Shown here piece by piece: positions 50,758 through 62,584 of a DNA stretch of 64,000 nt. The stretch's first letter is position 1. Each line of letters starts with the position of its first letter. Below the pieces are notes generated by a model that saw nothing but the letters and a program-made list of their open reading frames with translations, was not told the DNA's origin and ran no database searches. Made by a program: the position numbers and the translations under genes. Origin of the DNA: Basidiobolus meristosporus CBS 931.73 (Eukaryota; Fungi; Basidiobolomycota); NCBI GenBank assembly GCA_002104905.1, contig MCFE01000484.1:1-64000 (forward strand). The letters are read 5' to 3'.

Positions 50758-52730
50758 TGCACAGGGTAAACTCTTTTCTGAAGTCAGGTATTCTTAAGCT
50801 TGGCAGCTTAGCTAGTTCATTCCTGAGCGTCTGAAATGCAGTCTCACAGGCTATGTCTCACCTGTAAGTGTTGTCTTTCTTGAGGGTATCAGTTAAAGGG
50901 GCTGCAATGCTTGCAAAGGACTTGACAGATCTCCAATAATAGGATGCCATTCCAAGGAATGATCTGAGTTCTGATATGCTATGGGGCTGCTTCAAGTTCT
51001 TGATAACTTCAACCTTCTCAGGGTCTAAGGTCATTCCTGTGCTAGTCACTATGTGTCCCAGATATTCAATGTTTTCCTTGAAGAATTCACACTTGGCTAG
51101 CTTCCCATATAGCTTGTTCTCTCTTAGTTTCTTCAAGACCTTTTCAATGTGCACTACGTGATCCTCTTCTGTCTTGGTGTGTATCAATATGTCATCCAGA
51201 TAGATTATCACAAACTTGTCTAAGTACTCCTGAAAGACAGTCTGCATCAGCACATGAATGTTGCAGGGGTATTAGTGAGGGCAAAACTCATGACCAAGTA
51301 CTTGTAATGTCCATATCTGGTCCTGAATGCTGTCTTAGGGATATTGTCTGGTTTCACCCTAATCTGGTTGTATCCTGACATGAGGTCAATCTTGCTGAAA
51401 ATAGTGGCTCAATTAAGTTGGTCCAAAAGTACATCATTCCAAGGTATGGGGTACATATTCTTGGCGGTAACTGAGTTCAGGGCTCTGTAGTCAATGCACA
51501 TCCTAAGTGTTCCATCCTTCTTTTTCACAAAAAGCACTGGCGCTCCGCAGGGTGACTTGCTGGGCCTGATGTATCCTTGCTCCAATAGCTGATCGATTTG
51601 TCTCTTCATTTCCTCCAATTCCAATGGACTCATTCTGTAAGGTGTCTTGCTTACTGGAGGGCTATCTCCTGTGTCAATGGCATGATCCATGTCTCTGACT
51701 GGTGGTAGGCTTACAAGCTCATCTGGAAACACATCTGAATATTTCTTAAAGAGAGTCTGGACCTGCTGAGGTGCTGGGGTAGAGAAATCCTCCTGTAATA
51801 CCACCGTGAGGAACATATGAGTACCTTTTTTAAGTGCTCTACAGAACTGGGTCTTGCTAAGCTCACTTGTCTCACACATACTGGAATTGACCAAGTTGAA
51901 ATCCAGCCTGGCAGGTGATAGCTCATAGGTTTTGTTATCCTTTTGGATCTGAGAAACATGGGTTCTCCAGTTGATTGATGGATTACAACAAAACAGCCAG
52001 GTTTTTCCAAGTACAAGGTCAAACTTGCAGTTCCCAAATATATAAGCCTGTAGGTCTTCTTCATAGTCATTGATCTTCATTCTTACTGGCTGAGTAATAC
52101 GGTTGATTATGTGAGAGTTCCCATCAGCTGTGGAGACTGAAGTTGATTTGGTAGGTTCCAAGTTGATTCCAGCTTTCAGAGCAAATTGCTCTGACATGTA
52201 CTCATGTAATGCTCCTGAGTCAAATCATGATCTTGGCAGGTACTCCATTGATTACTCCATTCAAGCATAATAGCTTTCCTGAATTTGAGGTCATCTGGGA
52301 TAGGTATTCTTCTGCCATGTGGAAGGTGAGTTCTGAGTCTTCTTCAAGTTCATCCTCAATGTTACTATGCTCCATGGCCTCAATGCGGTTAAAGGTTCTT
52401 GATGGGTGGTGTCCATTTCTTCTCTGAGGGCAGTACTTTGGATTATGTCCTTGCTGGTGCCAATTGAAGCAATGTCCTTTCTTCCTGCATTCTTCTGAGG
52501 TGGGGTTATTCTGCATAGCATCTATTTCCATTGGTACTGCTTCTGACTGTCTTCTTTCATAAGGATTGTAGCCTTTTGGATTAGTCACTGTAGGCTTCCC
52601 AACTCCAAACATAGCTGAGTCATAGTCAATGGCAATCTTGATGGCTTCTTCAATAGTCTGAGGTCTTTGATAATTCACTTCCTTGCAAGTTCTTTCTTTC
52701 AACCCAACAATAAAGTATTCAACTTGATCC

Positions 52731-55700
52731 TGTTGCAATTTAAGAAGTGATTTGGATATAAGGAACTTATCAAGAAATAGTGATAATAGTTGAACTGTTG
52801 TTTATTCATAAAGAAGCTCAGTATTTATACCTTTGTAGAAGTAATACAGCTGCAACACTAAGTAGGGAGGGTTTCTCAATATTCAGGAGCATTCTGTAAC
52901 AGTTTCAGGGTTAGTACATAATGTTTGGGTAATAGTGCTAATTTGATCCTGACTATAGGGGAATAGTCATAAGATCATATATCTGGAGAAAGTGGCAAAG
53001 TTAAGGCAGTAAGTGAGTCCTACAGTGACTAAGACTAGCCTAGAATTGTTAAGTAAATTTTTAGCTGCTGAATGATACCAAATAGTCCAATATTTCAACA
53101 CTCCCCCTCAACTAAATAATTTCTTAATCCCAATTTGTCTCTAAGGATCTCAAACTGTGGCCTAGCTAGTGGTTTTGTCAATATGTCTGCCACCATTTTG
53201 TCAGTTGGGCAGTAAACCAGCTCTACTAAGTTATTTTCTACAGCTTCCCTCACAAAGTGATGCTGTATATCAATGTGCTTAGTTCTGGCATGATTAGTAG
53301 GATTTCTAGCTAATGAAATACAACTTTGATTATCCTTGTAAATACATGTTGGTTCACCTGAATTAAAACCTAAGTCTTTGAATAATTTTTGTAGCCATAT
53401 AGCCTCCTTAGTTGCTTGACATGCAGCCATATATTTGGCTTCAGTTGTAGATAGTGCCACAGTTGGTTGTTTCTTGCAATTCCAAGTAATAGCTGCACCA
53501 GCATAAAGAAATACATAGCCTGTGGTAGAGCGTCTGTCAATCAGATCTCTACCCCAATCTGAATCACTATAACCATCAGATTTTTGCCTATTAGCTGCTC
53601 CAGAGTATTCCAGTACCATATTTATGGTACCTTGTAGATATCTGAAAATCCGCTTAACTGCTGCAATTTGATCTGATCCATAATTCTGCATGAATTGACT
53701 GACTATTCCAACTGCCACTGCAATATCTGGACGTGTAGACACCATCAAGTACATTAGGCTACCGACCATTGATTGATAGGGAAAGTTTTGGTCCATATTT
53801 GAGCCGTTTTCATCTGTAACTGGCTGAGATTTGCTTAATTTCAGGTTATTGTCCATAGGGGTTGCTGCAGGCTTGCAATTTTCCATTTTGAAGCATCTAA
53901 GAGTGTCCCTGAGGTACTTAGACTGATTCAGCACAATTTTCTGCGTAGGTATTTCAAATTTGACCTCAATTCCAAGAAAATAGCTCAATTTTCCAAGATC
54001 TTTCATCTCAAACTTGCTGAAGAGATCTGATTTTGTCTGTTTAAGTGCCACTTGATCACTTGTAGCTATAATTAGGTCGTCCACATAAAGAACTAGGATG
54101 ATCACACCCTTTTTGAGCTGTTTCACATATAAACTGTGATCTGCAGTGCTACGAGAGAACCCAATTTCCTCTAGAAATGTGTCAATCTTGTTATACCATG
54201 CTCTGGGTGCCTGCTTAAGCCCATACAACAATTTTCTAAGTTTGCACACCTTATGGGGGCTTTTTGGATCGGTAAAACCTTCTGGTTGCTCCATATATAT
54301 AGTTTCTTGCAAATCCCCATTTAGAAAGGCTGTTCTGACGTCCATTTGGTGTAGATCTAGACTGTGTACAGCTGCCAGGGCTAGAACTGTCCTAATAGAG
54401 TTAAACTTGGCAACCAGAGCAAATGTTTCCTTAAAGTCTAGTCCCTGGATCTGGGAATAGCCTTTAGCTACCAATCTAGCCTTGTACTTATCAACGGCAC
54501 CATATGAGGTTATCTTGATCTTGTAGACCCATCTGCATCCTATTGGCTTTCTCCCATTTGGTAAATCTACCAGTTCCCACGTTTTTGCCTTGATCAGTGA
54601 TTGGTACTCCTCCTGCATGGCTTGTTGCCACTTAGTAGCATCTGGACCTTGCATTGCCTGTTCCAGATTCTGGGGTTCGGCACATAAGGCAAGATAAGCT
54701 TCTTCATGATCATTGGATGTCTGCCACCAGGATCCAGGGGCATTTCTTATTCTGGTAGATCTCCTAACTGGGATAATCTGTTCTGATCTGGAACTGGTAG
54801 AAGTATCTTCCATCTCTGGCTGGATTTGGTACATATCTTCTTCATTTGTGTTGATTACATCATCAGGCAGCTGGCCAATGATTTCTGTGGCTTTCTGATC
54901 TGAATTCTCCTCAAATACAACGTCCCTGCTCTTGATCAGCTTCTGAATTTTGCCATCATACACTCTATACCCTTTAGTATCCTCACAATACCCAAGAAAG
55001 ATCCCTTTTCTACTCTTTGGTTCCAACTTTGAGCGTTTTTTGTCAGGGATGTGATAAAAAACATCACTGCCAAAGATCCTGAGGTGCTGGAGATCTGGTT
55101 TTTTGCCTGTATATGCTTCAAAGGGTGTAGAATCACGTAGTGCTGTTGTTGGGCATCTGTTCTTGATGTATACAGCGGTAGCAACGGATTCAGCCCAAAA
55201 CTTGTAGTCCATTCCCTTATCATGTAGCATAGATCTTCCCATCTCTACTATTGTTCTATTTGCACGTTCTGCTACTCCATTTTGCTGTGGAGTATGAGGA
55301 ACTGTGGTCTGTTGAAGTATACCAGTAGACAAGCAGTATTTTGCAAACTCCTTTGAGCAGTATTCTCCTCCATTGTCACTTTGTAGTACCTTCAATTTAC
55401 ACCCAGTTTGTGTTTCTGCCATGTTCTTGAAGTGCTTAAACGTCTCTAAAGCTTCATCCTTTGTTTTGAGGAAGTACACCCATGTATATCTTGTCTTGTC
55501 ATCAATAAACGTCATAAAGTATCTCTTGGCTCCAAAGGACAGTGTTCTCATGGGGCCACATATGTCTGAGTGTACAATAGCCAATTTTTTGGTGGTATTG
55601 ATGCCTTCTGAGCTCTTGAAACGTTGCCTAGCTTGTTTGCCATATGAACATCCCTTACAAACATTCAATTTGATCAGAATTGAGTATTTCAGGCCCAAAA

Positions 55701-57418
55701 CAAGCTGATTTTTCACCAATTGGCTCATTTTCTGTTCCCCTATGTGTCCTAGCCGCCTATGCCACGTCTCCCAGTTGGTTTCATCAGTTTCAGCAATGTT
55801 GACATACTCAGGTACAATGATCTTGCATTGTAACTTGTGTGTATTGTGATCTCTGATTCCCAAAGCTAATTTTTGTCCATTTTCACTCAATATTGAGCAG
55901 CTCAGCTTAGTAAAAACGAATTTCAGTCCCTGAGTAGTTGCTTTACTGACTGAGAGTAGGTTCTTAGCTATTCCAGGTACATAGAGTACGTCAGTCAGTT
56001 TTGCTGTTGTTGCCCCTGAGTTATCACTCATTTTTAGTTGTATAGACCCACTAGTGGTAGCTTCCAATGCAGAGTTATCTCCCAGATAAACCTTTCTAAC
56101 GGGAATAGTCTTTAAGTTGCTGAACCAATCCTTTATACCACAAATATGCTGTGATGCTCCAGAGTCAATATACCATTCATTACTTTGGTTACTTGCACTC
56201 TCTTGTACAGTGACAAATAACTGTTCATCAGTAGTTATATGGTTTGCCTGCTCTAGTTTCTGTTTTTCGTCTGCTTGTTTCTTCTTGCATTCTCTTGCCC
56301 AGTGTCCTGGCTTCTTACAGTAGTTACAGCAGCCAGGTTTTCTTTGGTTTTGTTGCTTTCCCTTCTTTTCTGTATGCCTTTCTGAACTGAATAAAGCATT
56401 ATCTTCAATTTTCTCTGCTTGATCATTACATCTGAGTTCTTCATGGAGAAGTCTTCCTTTGACATAGTCTAAAGTCAAGTTGTCTTCTCTGCTTTCAAAA
56501 GAAAGTATGAGTGGCTCATACTCGTCTGGTAGGCTGCAAAGCAGACAGAGTATCTTTTCTTCATCATCTACACCAGCATTAATACTGTAAAGTTCTTCTG
56601 CAAGTGTCTCCATTCTGGTAATGAGTTGTAGCATGTAATCATCTGGCTTTTTTCTCATGTTGAAGAACTTTTGTTTCAAATAAAGCTTGCTTGATACTGA
56701 CTTTGCTCTAAAGATCTTCTCTAAGGATTCCCATGCTGCTTTGGCAGTATTTGAGGCATGGATTTGTCCAATGAAGGAGTCTTGCACATTGATGCATATT
56801 GCATTGCAGGCCTTTCTCTCCTTCTCTTGAAACTTCTCCACATCTTCTGCTGCTCCTTTGGGCTCAACTTCCTTTCCTGTTACTATGTTCCAAAGCTTTC
56901 TTTCCTCAAGGTGGATCTGCATCTTGATTCTCCAAAGTCTGTAGTTCTTCCCATCAAACCTCTCCTTTACAGGGAAGATGTTGGTATTGCTTTGTTTGCT
57001 GGTAGAAGTCATCTTTAGAATAGATTAAGGCAATCAGGGCTCATAACCTGTTGCAATTTAAGAAGTGATTTGGATATAAGGAACTTATCAAGAAATAGTG
57101 ATAATAGTTGAACTGTTGCTTATTAATAAAGAAGCTCAGTATTTATACCTTTGTAGAAGTAATACAGCTGCAACACTAAGTAGGGAGGGTTTCTCAATAT
57201 TCAGGAGCATTCTGTAACAGTTTCAGGGTTAGTACATAATGTTTGGGTAATAGTGCTAAATTGATCCTGACTATAGGGGAATAATCATAAGATCATATAT
57301 CTGGAGAAAGTGGCAAAGTTAAGGCAGTAAATGAGTCCTACAGTGACTAAGACTAGCCTAGAATTGTTAAGTAAATTTTTAGCTGCTGAATGATACCAAA
57401 TAGTCCAATATTTCAACA
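52731..57418 (-). mobile_element. Ty1/Copia element B, full-length with a single open gag-pol ORF
   Basis: LTRs 52731-53100 and 57049-57418 (5 differences counted in 370 bp); PBS GGTTATGAGCCC at 57037-57048; TSD GATCC; inserted in Gypsy 1 gag. Confidence 0.97.
53095..57012 (-). CDS. Copia gag-pol polyprotein (1305 aa)
   Basis: CNYCKKPGHWARECK zinc knuckle, WYIDSGAS protease, WHRRLGH...C..C, HSDICGP / SDNGGEY / NGVAER integrase, LYVDD RT, RNase H ending ADILTKPL. Confidence 0.95.
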   Translation of the reverse strand: MTSTSKQSNTNIFPVKERFDGKNYRLWRIKMQIHLEERKLWNIVTGKEVEPKGAAEDVEKFQEKERKACNAICINVQDSFIGQIHASNTAKAAWESLEKIFRAKSVSSKLYLKQKFFNMRKKPDDYMLQLITRMETLAEELYSINAGVDDEEKILCLLCSLPDEYEPLILSFESREDNLTLDYVKGRLLHEELRCNDQAEKIEDNALFSSERHTEKKGKQQNQRKPGCCNYCKKPGHWARECKKKQADEKQKLEQANHITTDEQLFVTVQESASNQSNEWYIDSGASQHICGIKDWFSNLKTIPVRKVYLGDNSALEATTSGSIQLKMSDNSGATTAKLTDVLYVPGIAKNLLSVSKATTQGLKFVFTKLSCSILSENGQKLALGIRDHNTHKLQCKIIVPEYVNIAETDETNWETWHRRLGHIGEQKMSQLVKNQLVLGLKYSILIKLNVCKGCSYGKQARQRFKSSEGINTTKKLAIVHSDICGPMRTLSFGAKRYFMTFIDDKTRYTWVYFLKTKDEALETFKHFKNMAETQTGCKLKVLQSDNGGEYCSKEFAKYCLSTGILQQTTVPHTPQQNGVAERANRTIVEMGRSMLHDKGMDYKFWAESVATAVYIKNRCPTTALRDSTPFEAYTGKKPDLQHLRIFGSDVFYHIPDKKRSKLEPKSRKGIFLGYCEDTKGYRVYDGKIQKLIKSRDVVFEENSDQKATEIIGQLPDDVINTNEEDMYQIQPEMEDTSTSSRSEQIIPVRRSTRIRNAPGSWWQTSNDHEEAYLALCAEPQNLEQAMQGPDATKWQQAMQEEYQSLIKAKTWELVDLPNGRKPIGCRWVYKIKITSYGAVDKYKARLVAKGYSQIQGLDFKETFALVAKFNSIRTVLALAAVHSLDLHQMDVRTAFLNGDLQETIYMEQPEGFTDPKSPHKVCKLRKLLYGLKQAPRAWYNKIDTFLEEIGFSRSTADHSLYVKQLKKGVIILVLYVDDLIIATSDQVALKQTKSDLFSKFEMKDLGKLSYFLGIEVKFEIPTQKIVLNQSKYLRDTLRCFKMENCKPAATPMDNNLKLSKSQPVTDENGSNMDQNFPYQSMVGSLMYLMVSTRPDIAVAVGIVSQFMQNYGSDQIAAVKRIFRYLQGTINMVLEYSGAANRQKSDGYSDSDWGRDLIDRRSTTGYVFLYAGAAITWNCKKQPTVALSTTEAKYMAACQATKEAIWLQKLFKDLGFNSGEPTCIYKDNQSCISLARNPTNHARTKHIDIQHHFVREAVENNLVELVYCPTDKMVADILTKPLARPQFEILRDKLGLRNYLVEGEC

Positions 57419-58201
57419 GATCCAGGGGGTCCATTCTTTCAATTTGTCCAAGTAGACATCTGTACTCATAGATGTACTCTTGAACCATTCCTTTCTGTGT
57501 GAGTGTCTTTAACTTCCTTCTTAGTAGTCTCTGCTGGTGTGGAGATTCAAAAGCATCCTGAATTTCCAACACAAATTCATCCCAGGTAGAGATTGTAGAC
57601 CATCCCATCATAGTGGCTGACCTGATCTTGTTGTGGTACCACTGTAAAGCTGCATCTGCCAGGTAAGAAGTTGCATAATGCAACTTGCTTTCTGGAGCAA
57701 TTTCTTTAGCCTTAAAAGCTTCCTCAATCTGAAAGAGCCAAGTTCCCAGGTTTTCATTGACTCTACCATGGTACTGGTTGATCTTCACACTAAAGTTGCT
57801 CTTGACAGGGCTTTGCTGGCTCTGGGCCATGGTAGTCATTCCTTGCTGCTGTTGGCTGAGGATCTGGAGTAACTGTTGCTGTCGGGCCAGGATTTGCTGC
57901 ATGGCATTCTTCCATTCTTGATTGTCAAACATCTTGAGGGTGGTTTCTTCTTTCTTCAGGAGGGAGGTTTCTGGTTATTGCTGCTACCAATGTTATAAGT
58001 CTTGGTATAAGAGTTGTAGAGGAATAGGGAGTTTAGCTAGTATTGTATTCCCTAAAACTTAAACTGATATTTATTGAGGCTCCAGCAGCTCCTTATATAC
58101 ATTTTGCCAGATCAATTGCTGATTAATTCTATTTCCTAATGTAGGTTGTAGCTGATGACTCATTTGACTGCATCATCATCACCCAGTAAGATCCTACTTA
58201 A

Positions 58202-58885
58202 TAGACTTGTTCTATTGGATAGTGCCACATTGAGCCATGAGTGCCAAATGATGCCATAGTGTGCCAGGGAGGCTAAGTGAGCCTATACTTGGCTGCAGAG
58301 TGTGAAACATAGATCTGCATCTTCATGCAAAGCAGTTCATGTGTTTCACCAGTTGTGTTGGAGAAAATCCATTTTTTGACCTTTTTTTTTAGGTCAATGT
58401 TGTGCAGGATGTGTTAAAGCACAAATGGATTGAAAATATGCATTTGGTACTCTATACCCATGGCACTCTGAATCTAGCTCCTGTGGCTTGTAACATGTCA
58501 CAACAATGCATGGCACTATCTTGGTCCACTGGTACTATCTGGCACTATAAGTGCTTTGTATAGATATTACTTTAGGGCTAATAATTAAATATGTTACAAG
58601 CCACAGGAGCTAGATTCAGAGTGCCATGGGTATTGAGTACCTGATGCATGTCTTCAGTTCTTCTGTGCTCTTACACATCCTGCATAACATTGATCCACAT
58701 AAAAACATCAAAAAATAGATTTTCTCCTGCATCATAGGTGAGACACAAGGGCTGCTTTGCATGTAGATGCAGATCCATGTTTCACACTCTTTGGCCAAGT
58801 ATAGGCCCACTTGGCCTCTCTGGCACACTATGGCATCATTTGGCACTCATGGCTCAATGTGGCACTATCCAATGGAACAAGTCTA
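58202..58885. mobile_element. Fold-back MITE with ~295-bp terminal inverted repeats, inserted in the Gypsy 1 5' LTR
   Basis: Arms 58202-58496 and 58591-58885 are reverse complements (TAGACTTGTTC.ATTGGATAGTGCCACATTGAG...); removing it restores collinearity with the 3' LTR. Confidence 0.9.
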
Positions 58886-59469
58886 ATATATCTATTTCTG
58901 TCTAATAAGGATCTGCTGATTCATTTGCTGACTAATGTTATCAATATGATAGTTAATATTGATATACTGATAACCTAAACATATAACTAATTGGTTTGAC
59001 TGAAAATCGATATAACTTAAACATTCAAGCAACAGTTCATGACACTATATTGACTATCTTGGTATTTCTATACATGAAACCAAGTCTTCATGTAGCAACT
59101 GAGCTCTCCTACATTAACATATTAAATCCCATAGATTTTGCATTATGTGGCACAATCTTGCACACTCTGGCACAATATGACACAATGAGGTTGGTACACA
59201 CAATTGCATTATGTGCATAATCAGATATCATTATTGAGGCTGGTAAAATCCATTACTTGGATATGTTTCTTTAATATGAGTGGAACTAAGTGCATATCAC
59301 AATATAAGCTACACTGATACTTACAATTGTGGTTACCATAACTCCAATTGGATGGTGTGTCCATGACTGATTGGTCTAAAAGTATCTAGAGGCTCTTGGC
59401 TCTCAATTAGCTCATTGACCAGCACACAAGCTGCGTGATTCACCACCAAATATCCCATTTTGCCTATTG

Positions 59470-62400
59470 GGAAAGTAAATCTAAGTGTATATTAAGTAGG
59501 ATCTAATTAGGTGATGATGATGCAGTTAAATGGGTCATCAACCAGATCCCACATTAGGAAATACAAGTAGTCAGCAATTGAACTGGCATAATGCATACAA
59601 AGAGCTGATGGAACCTCAAAAAAATCAGTTCCAGTTTTAGTGAATACAATACCAGCTAAACTCCATATTCCTCTACAACTCTTACACCAAAACTTGTAAC
59701 ATTGGTAGCTTTATTAATCAGAAACCCTCCCTCCTGAAGAAAGAAGAAGCCTCCCTCAAGACAACAGAAAATGAAGAATGGAAGAATGCCATGTAGCAAA
59801 TCCTGGCCTAACAGTAAAAATTACTCTAGAACCTTAGCCAGCAGCAACAAGGAATGACTACCATGGCCCACAGCCAGCAAGGCCCTGTCAACAGCAACTC
59901 TAGTGTGAAGGTCAACTGGTACCATGCTGGGGTCAATGAAAACCTGGTACCACAACAAGATCAGGTCAGCCACCATGATGGGAAGCTCTACAATCTCTAC
60001 CTGGGATAAGTTTGTATTGGATATTCAGGACGCTTTTGAACCCCCACACAAGCAGACACTATTGAGAAGGAAGCTCCAGACACTAAGACAGAAAGGAATG
60101 GTTCAAGAGTATATCTGTTAGTATAGATGCCTACTTTGACAAATTGAGCAAATGCACCCCCTGGATCAAGTAGAATACTATACTAATGGGCTGAAGGAGA
60201 GCACTTGCAAGGAAGTGAATTATTGGAGACCTGAGACTAATGAAGAAGTTATTAAGATTGTCATTGACTATGACTCAGTTATGCTTTGAGTTGGCAAGCC
60301 CACATTGACTAATCAGAGAGGCCATAATCACTTTGAAAGAAGACAATCAGAAGCAGAGCCAATGAAAATAGATGCTATACAGAAGAATCCCATCTCAGAA
60401 GAATGCAAAAAGAGAGGACTTTGCTTTAGTTGCCACCAGCAGCAACATACTACAAAGTAATGCTTTTGGAGAAGAAATGGGCACCAGCCATCAAGAACCT
60501 TCAGCCATATTGAAGCCCTTGAGCATAGTAACATGGAGGATGAACTTGAAGAAGACTAAGAACCCACCTTTGATATGACAGAAGAATACCTATGCCAGAT
60601 GACCTCAATATCAAGAAAGCTATTTTACTTGAATAGAGTAATCAATAGCGTACCTGCCAAAGTCATGATTGACTTAGGAGCATTGCATGAGTATATATCA
60701 GAGCAATTTTCTTTGAAAGCTGGAATCAACTCAGAACCCACCAAAGCAACTTCAGTCTCAACAGCAGATAGGAACTCTCACATAATCAACCGTAGTAATC
60801 AGCCAGTAAGAATGAAGACTAATGACCATGAAGAGGACCTACAGGCCTATACATTTGGGAACTGCAAGTTTGATCTTGCACCTGGGAAAACCTGGCTATA
60901 TTGTTGTAATCCATCAATCAACTGGAGAGCACATGCTACTCAGATCCAGAAGGATAACAAGACCTTTAAGCTATTACCCACCAGACTGGATATCAACTTG
61001 GTTTATTCTAGTATGTGTAAAACAGTGAGTTTAGCAAGACACAGTTTTGCAGGACACTTAATATAGGTACTCAGATGTTTTTCATGGCGGTATTACAGGA
61101 GGATTCCTCTACTCCAGCACGCTAAAAGGTCCAGACTCCTTTGAAGGAATATTCAGACATGTTTCTAGATGAACTTGTAAGCCTACCCCCAGTCACAGAT
61201 GTGGATCAAGCTATTGACACATGAGAGACCCCTCCAGTGAGTAAGACACCTTACAGAATAAGTCCATTGGATTTGGAAGAGATGAAGAGGCAAATAGATC
61301 AGTTATTGAAGCAAGGATATATTACACCCAGCAAGTCATTTGGGGTGCTCCAATAATCATTGTGAAGAAGAAGGATGGAGCTCTTAGGATGTCCATTAAC
61401 TACAGAGCCCATAACTTGGCTTCTGTTAAGAATAAGAACCCCATACCTTGGATTGATGAGTGTTTAGATCAACTCAATGGTGCTATCAATGCATATTTGT
61501 CCAGTCCTTTGCAAGTATTGCAGCCCCTTTAATGGATATTCTCAAGACAGATGACACCATGAAGTGGAACATAGCCCATGAGACTGCCTTTCAGATACTC
61601 AAGAAAGAACTTGCCAAGCTGCCAAGCTTGAAATTCCAGACTCCAGAAAAGAGTTTAGTTTGTGCTAAGATGCTTCAGACTATGCAATTGGTAGAGTACT
61701 GAGCCATGAATATGAGGGATAGAACTACCCAATTGCTTTTGAGTGCAAGAAGCTGAACTCAGCAGACCAAGACTATTCAGTGCATGAGCAGGAGATGCTT
61801 GCCATAATACACTGCTTGAAGACTGGGAAATGCTACACTGACGGAATCAAGTACACTGTCAAGACTGATCATGCCTCTCTTAAGTATATATTTACTCAGA
61901 TGGTACTCTCCAGCAGAATGACAAGATGGTGTGTATACATTCAGCAATTTGACTTGTAGACTTCTACCACCCTGGGAGAAACAACACAGTTGCCAATACC
62001 TTATCAAGACTAGACCAAGTTGCACAACTCAACTTGGTGCATGAGCCAGATTGCACTAGCCTTTTACCACAGCACTTGGAAGACCATGTTCAAATATTGG
62101 ACTATTTGGTATCATTCAGCAGCTAAAAACTTACTTAACAATTCTGGACTAGTATTTGTCACTGTAGGACTAGCTTAAAGCTCTGGATTTACCACTTTCT
62201 TCAGATCTATGATCTTATGATTATTCCCCTATAGTCAGGATCAAATCAGCACTATTACTAAACATTATGTACGAACTCTAAAACTGTTACATAATGCTCC
62301 TGAATATCGAGAAACCCGCCTTACTTAGTGTTACAGCTGTATTACATCTACAAAGGTATAAATACTGAGCTTCTTCATTGATAAACAACAGCTCAACTAT

Positions 62401-62584
62401 TATCACTATTTCTTGATAAGTTCCTTACATCCAAATCACTTCTTAAACTGCAACAGACCATGCCAATTGTAACCAGGTGGATGAAGATATCAAGAAGATC
62501 ATCCAGGATGAAACCAGCAAGTATGTAGTATGGGATGAAACACTCTAGGAAATTGCTGATAGAAGCCCTATTGCCTATTGCCCT
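59470..62584 (+). mobile_element. Ty3/Gypsy element 2 (same family), decayed and truncated
   Basis: Partial 5' LTR ending at 59701, PBS TGGTAGC, gag, protease, RT with internal deletion near 61490 (YLDD region missing), RNase H; cut by Gypsy 3 at 62585. Confidence 0.85.
62087..62455 (+). mobile_element. Solo LTR of the Copia family within Gypsy 2
   Basis: TG..CA, 369 bp, TSD GACCA on both sides. Confidence 0.95.

Larger units (their letters stand above)
48353..59044 (-). mobile_element. Ty3/Gypsy element 1, decayed, with nested insertions
   Basis: 3' LTR 48353-48721 with adjacent PPT; 5' LTR 57991-59044 (split by a fold-back MITE); PBS TGGTAGCAG; gag 57932-52220 (split by Copia B), protease, RT (YLDD), RNase H (split by a solo LTR), integrase 50030-48732; no chromodomain seen. 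Confidence 0.9.
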
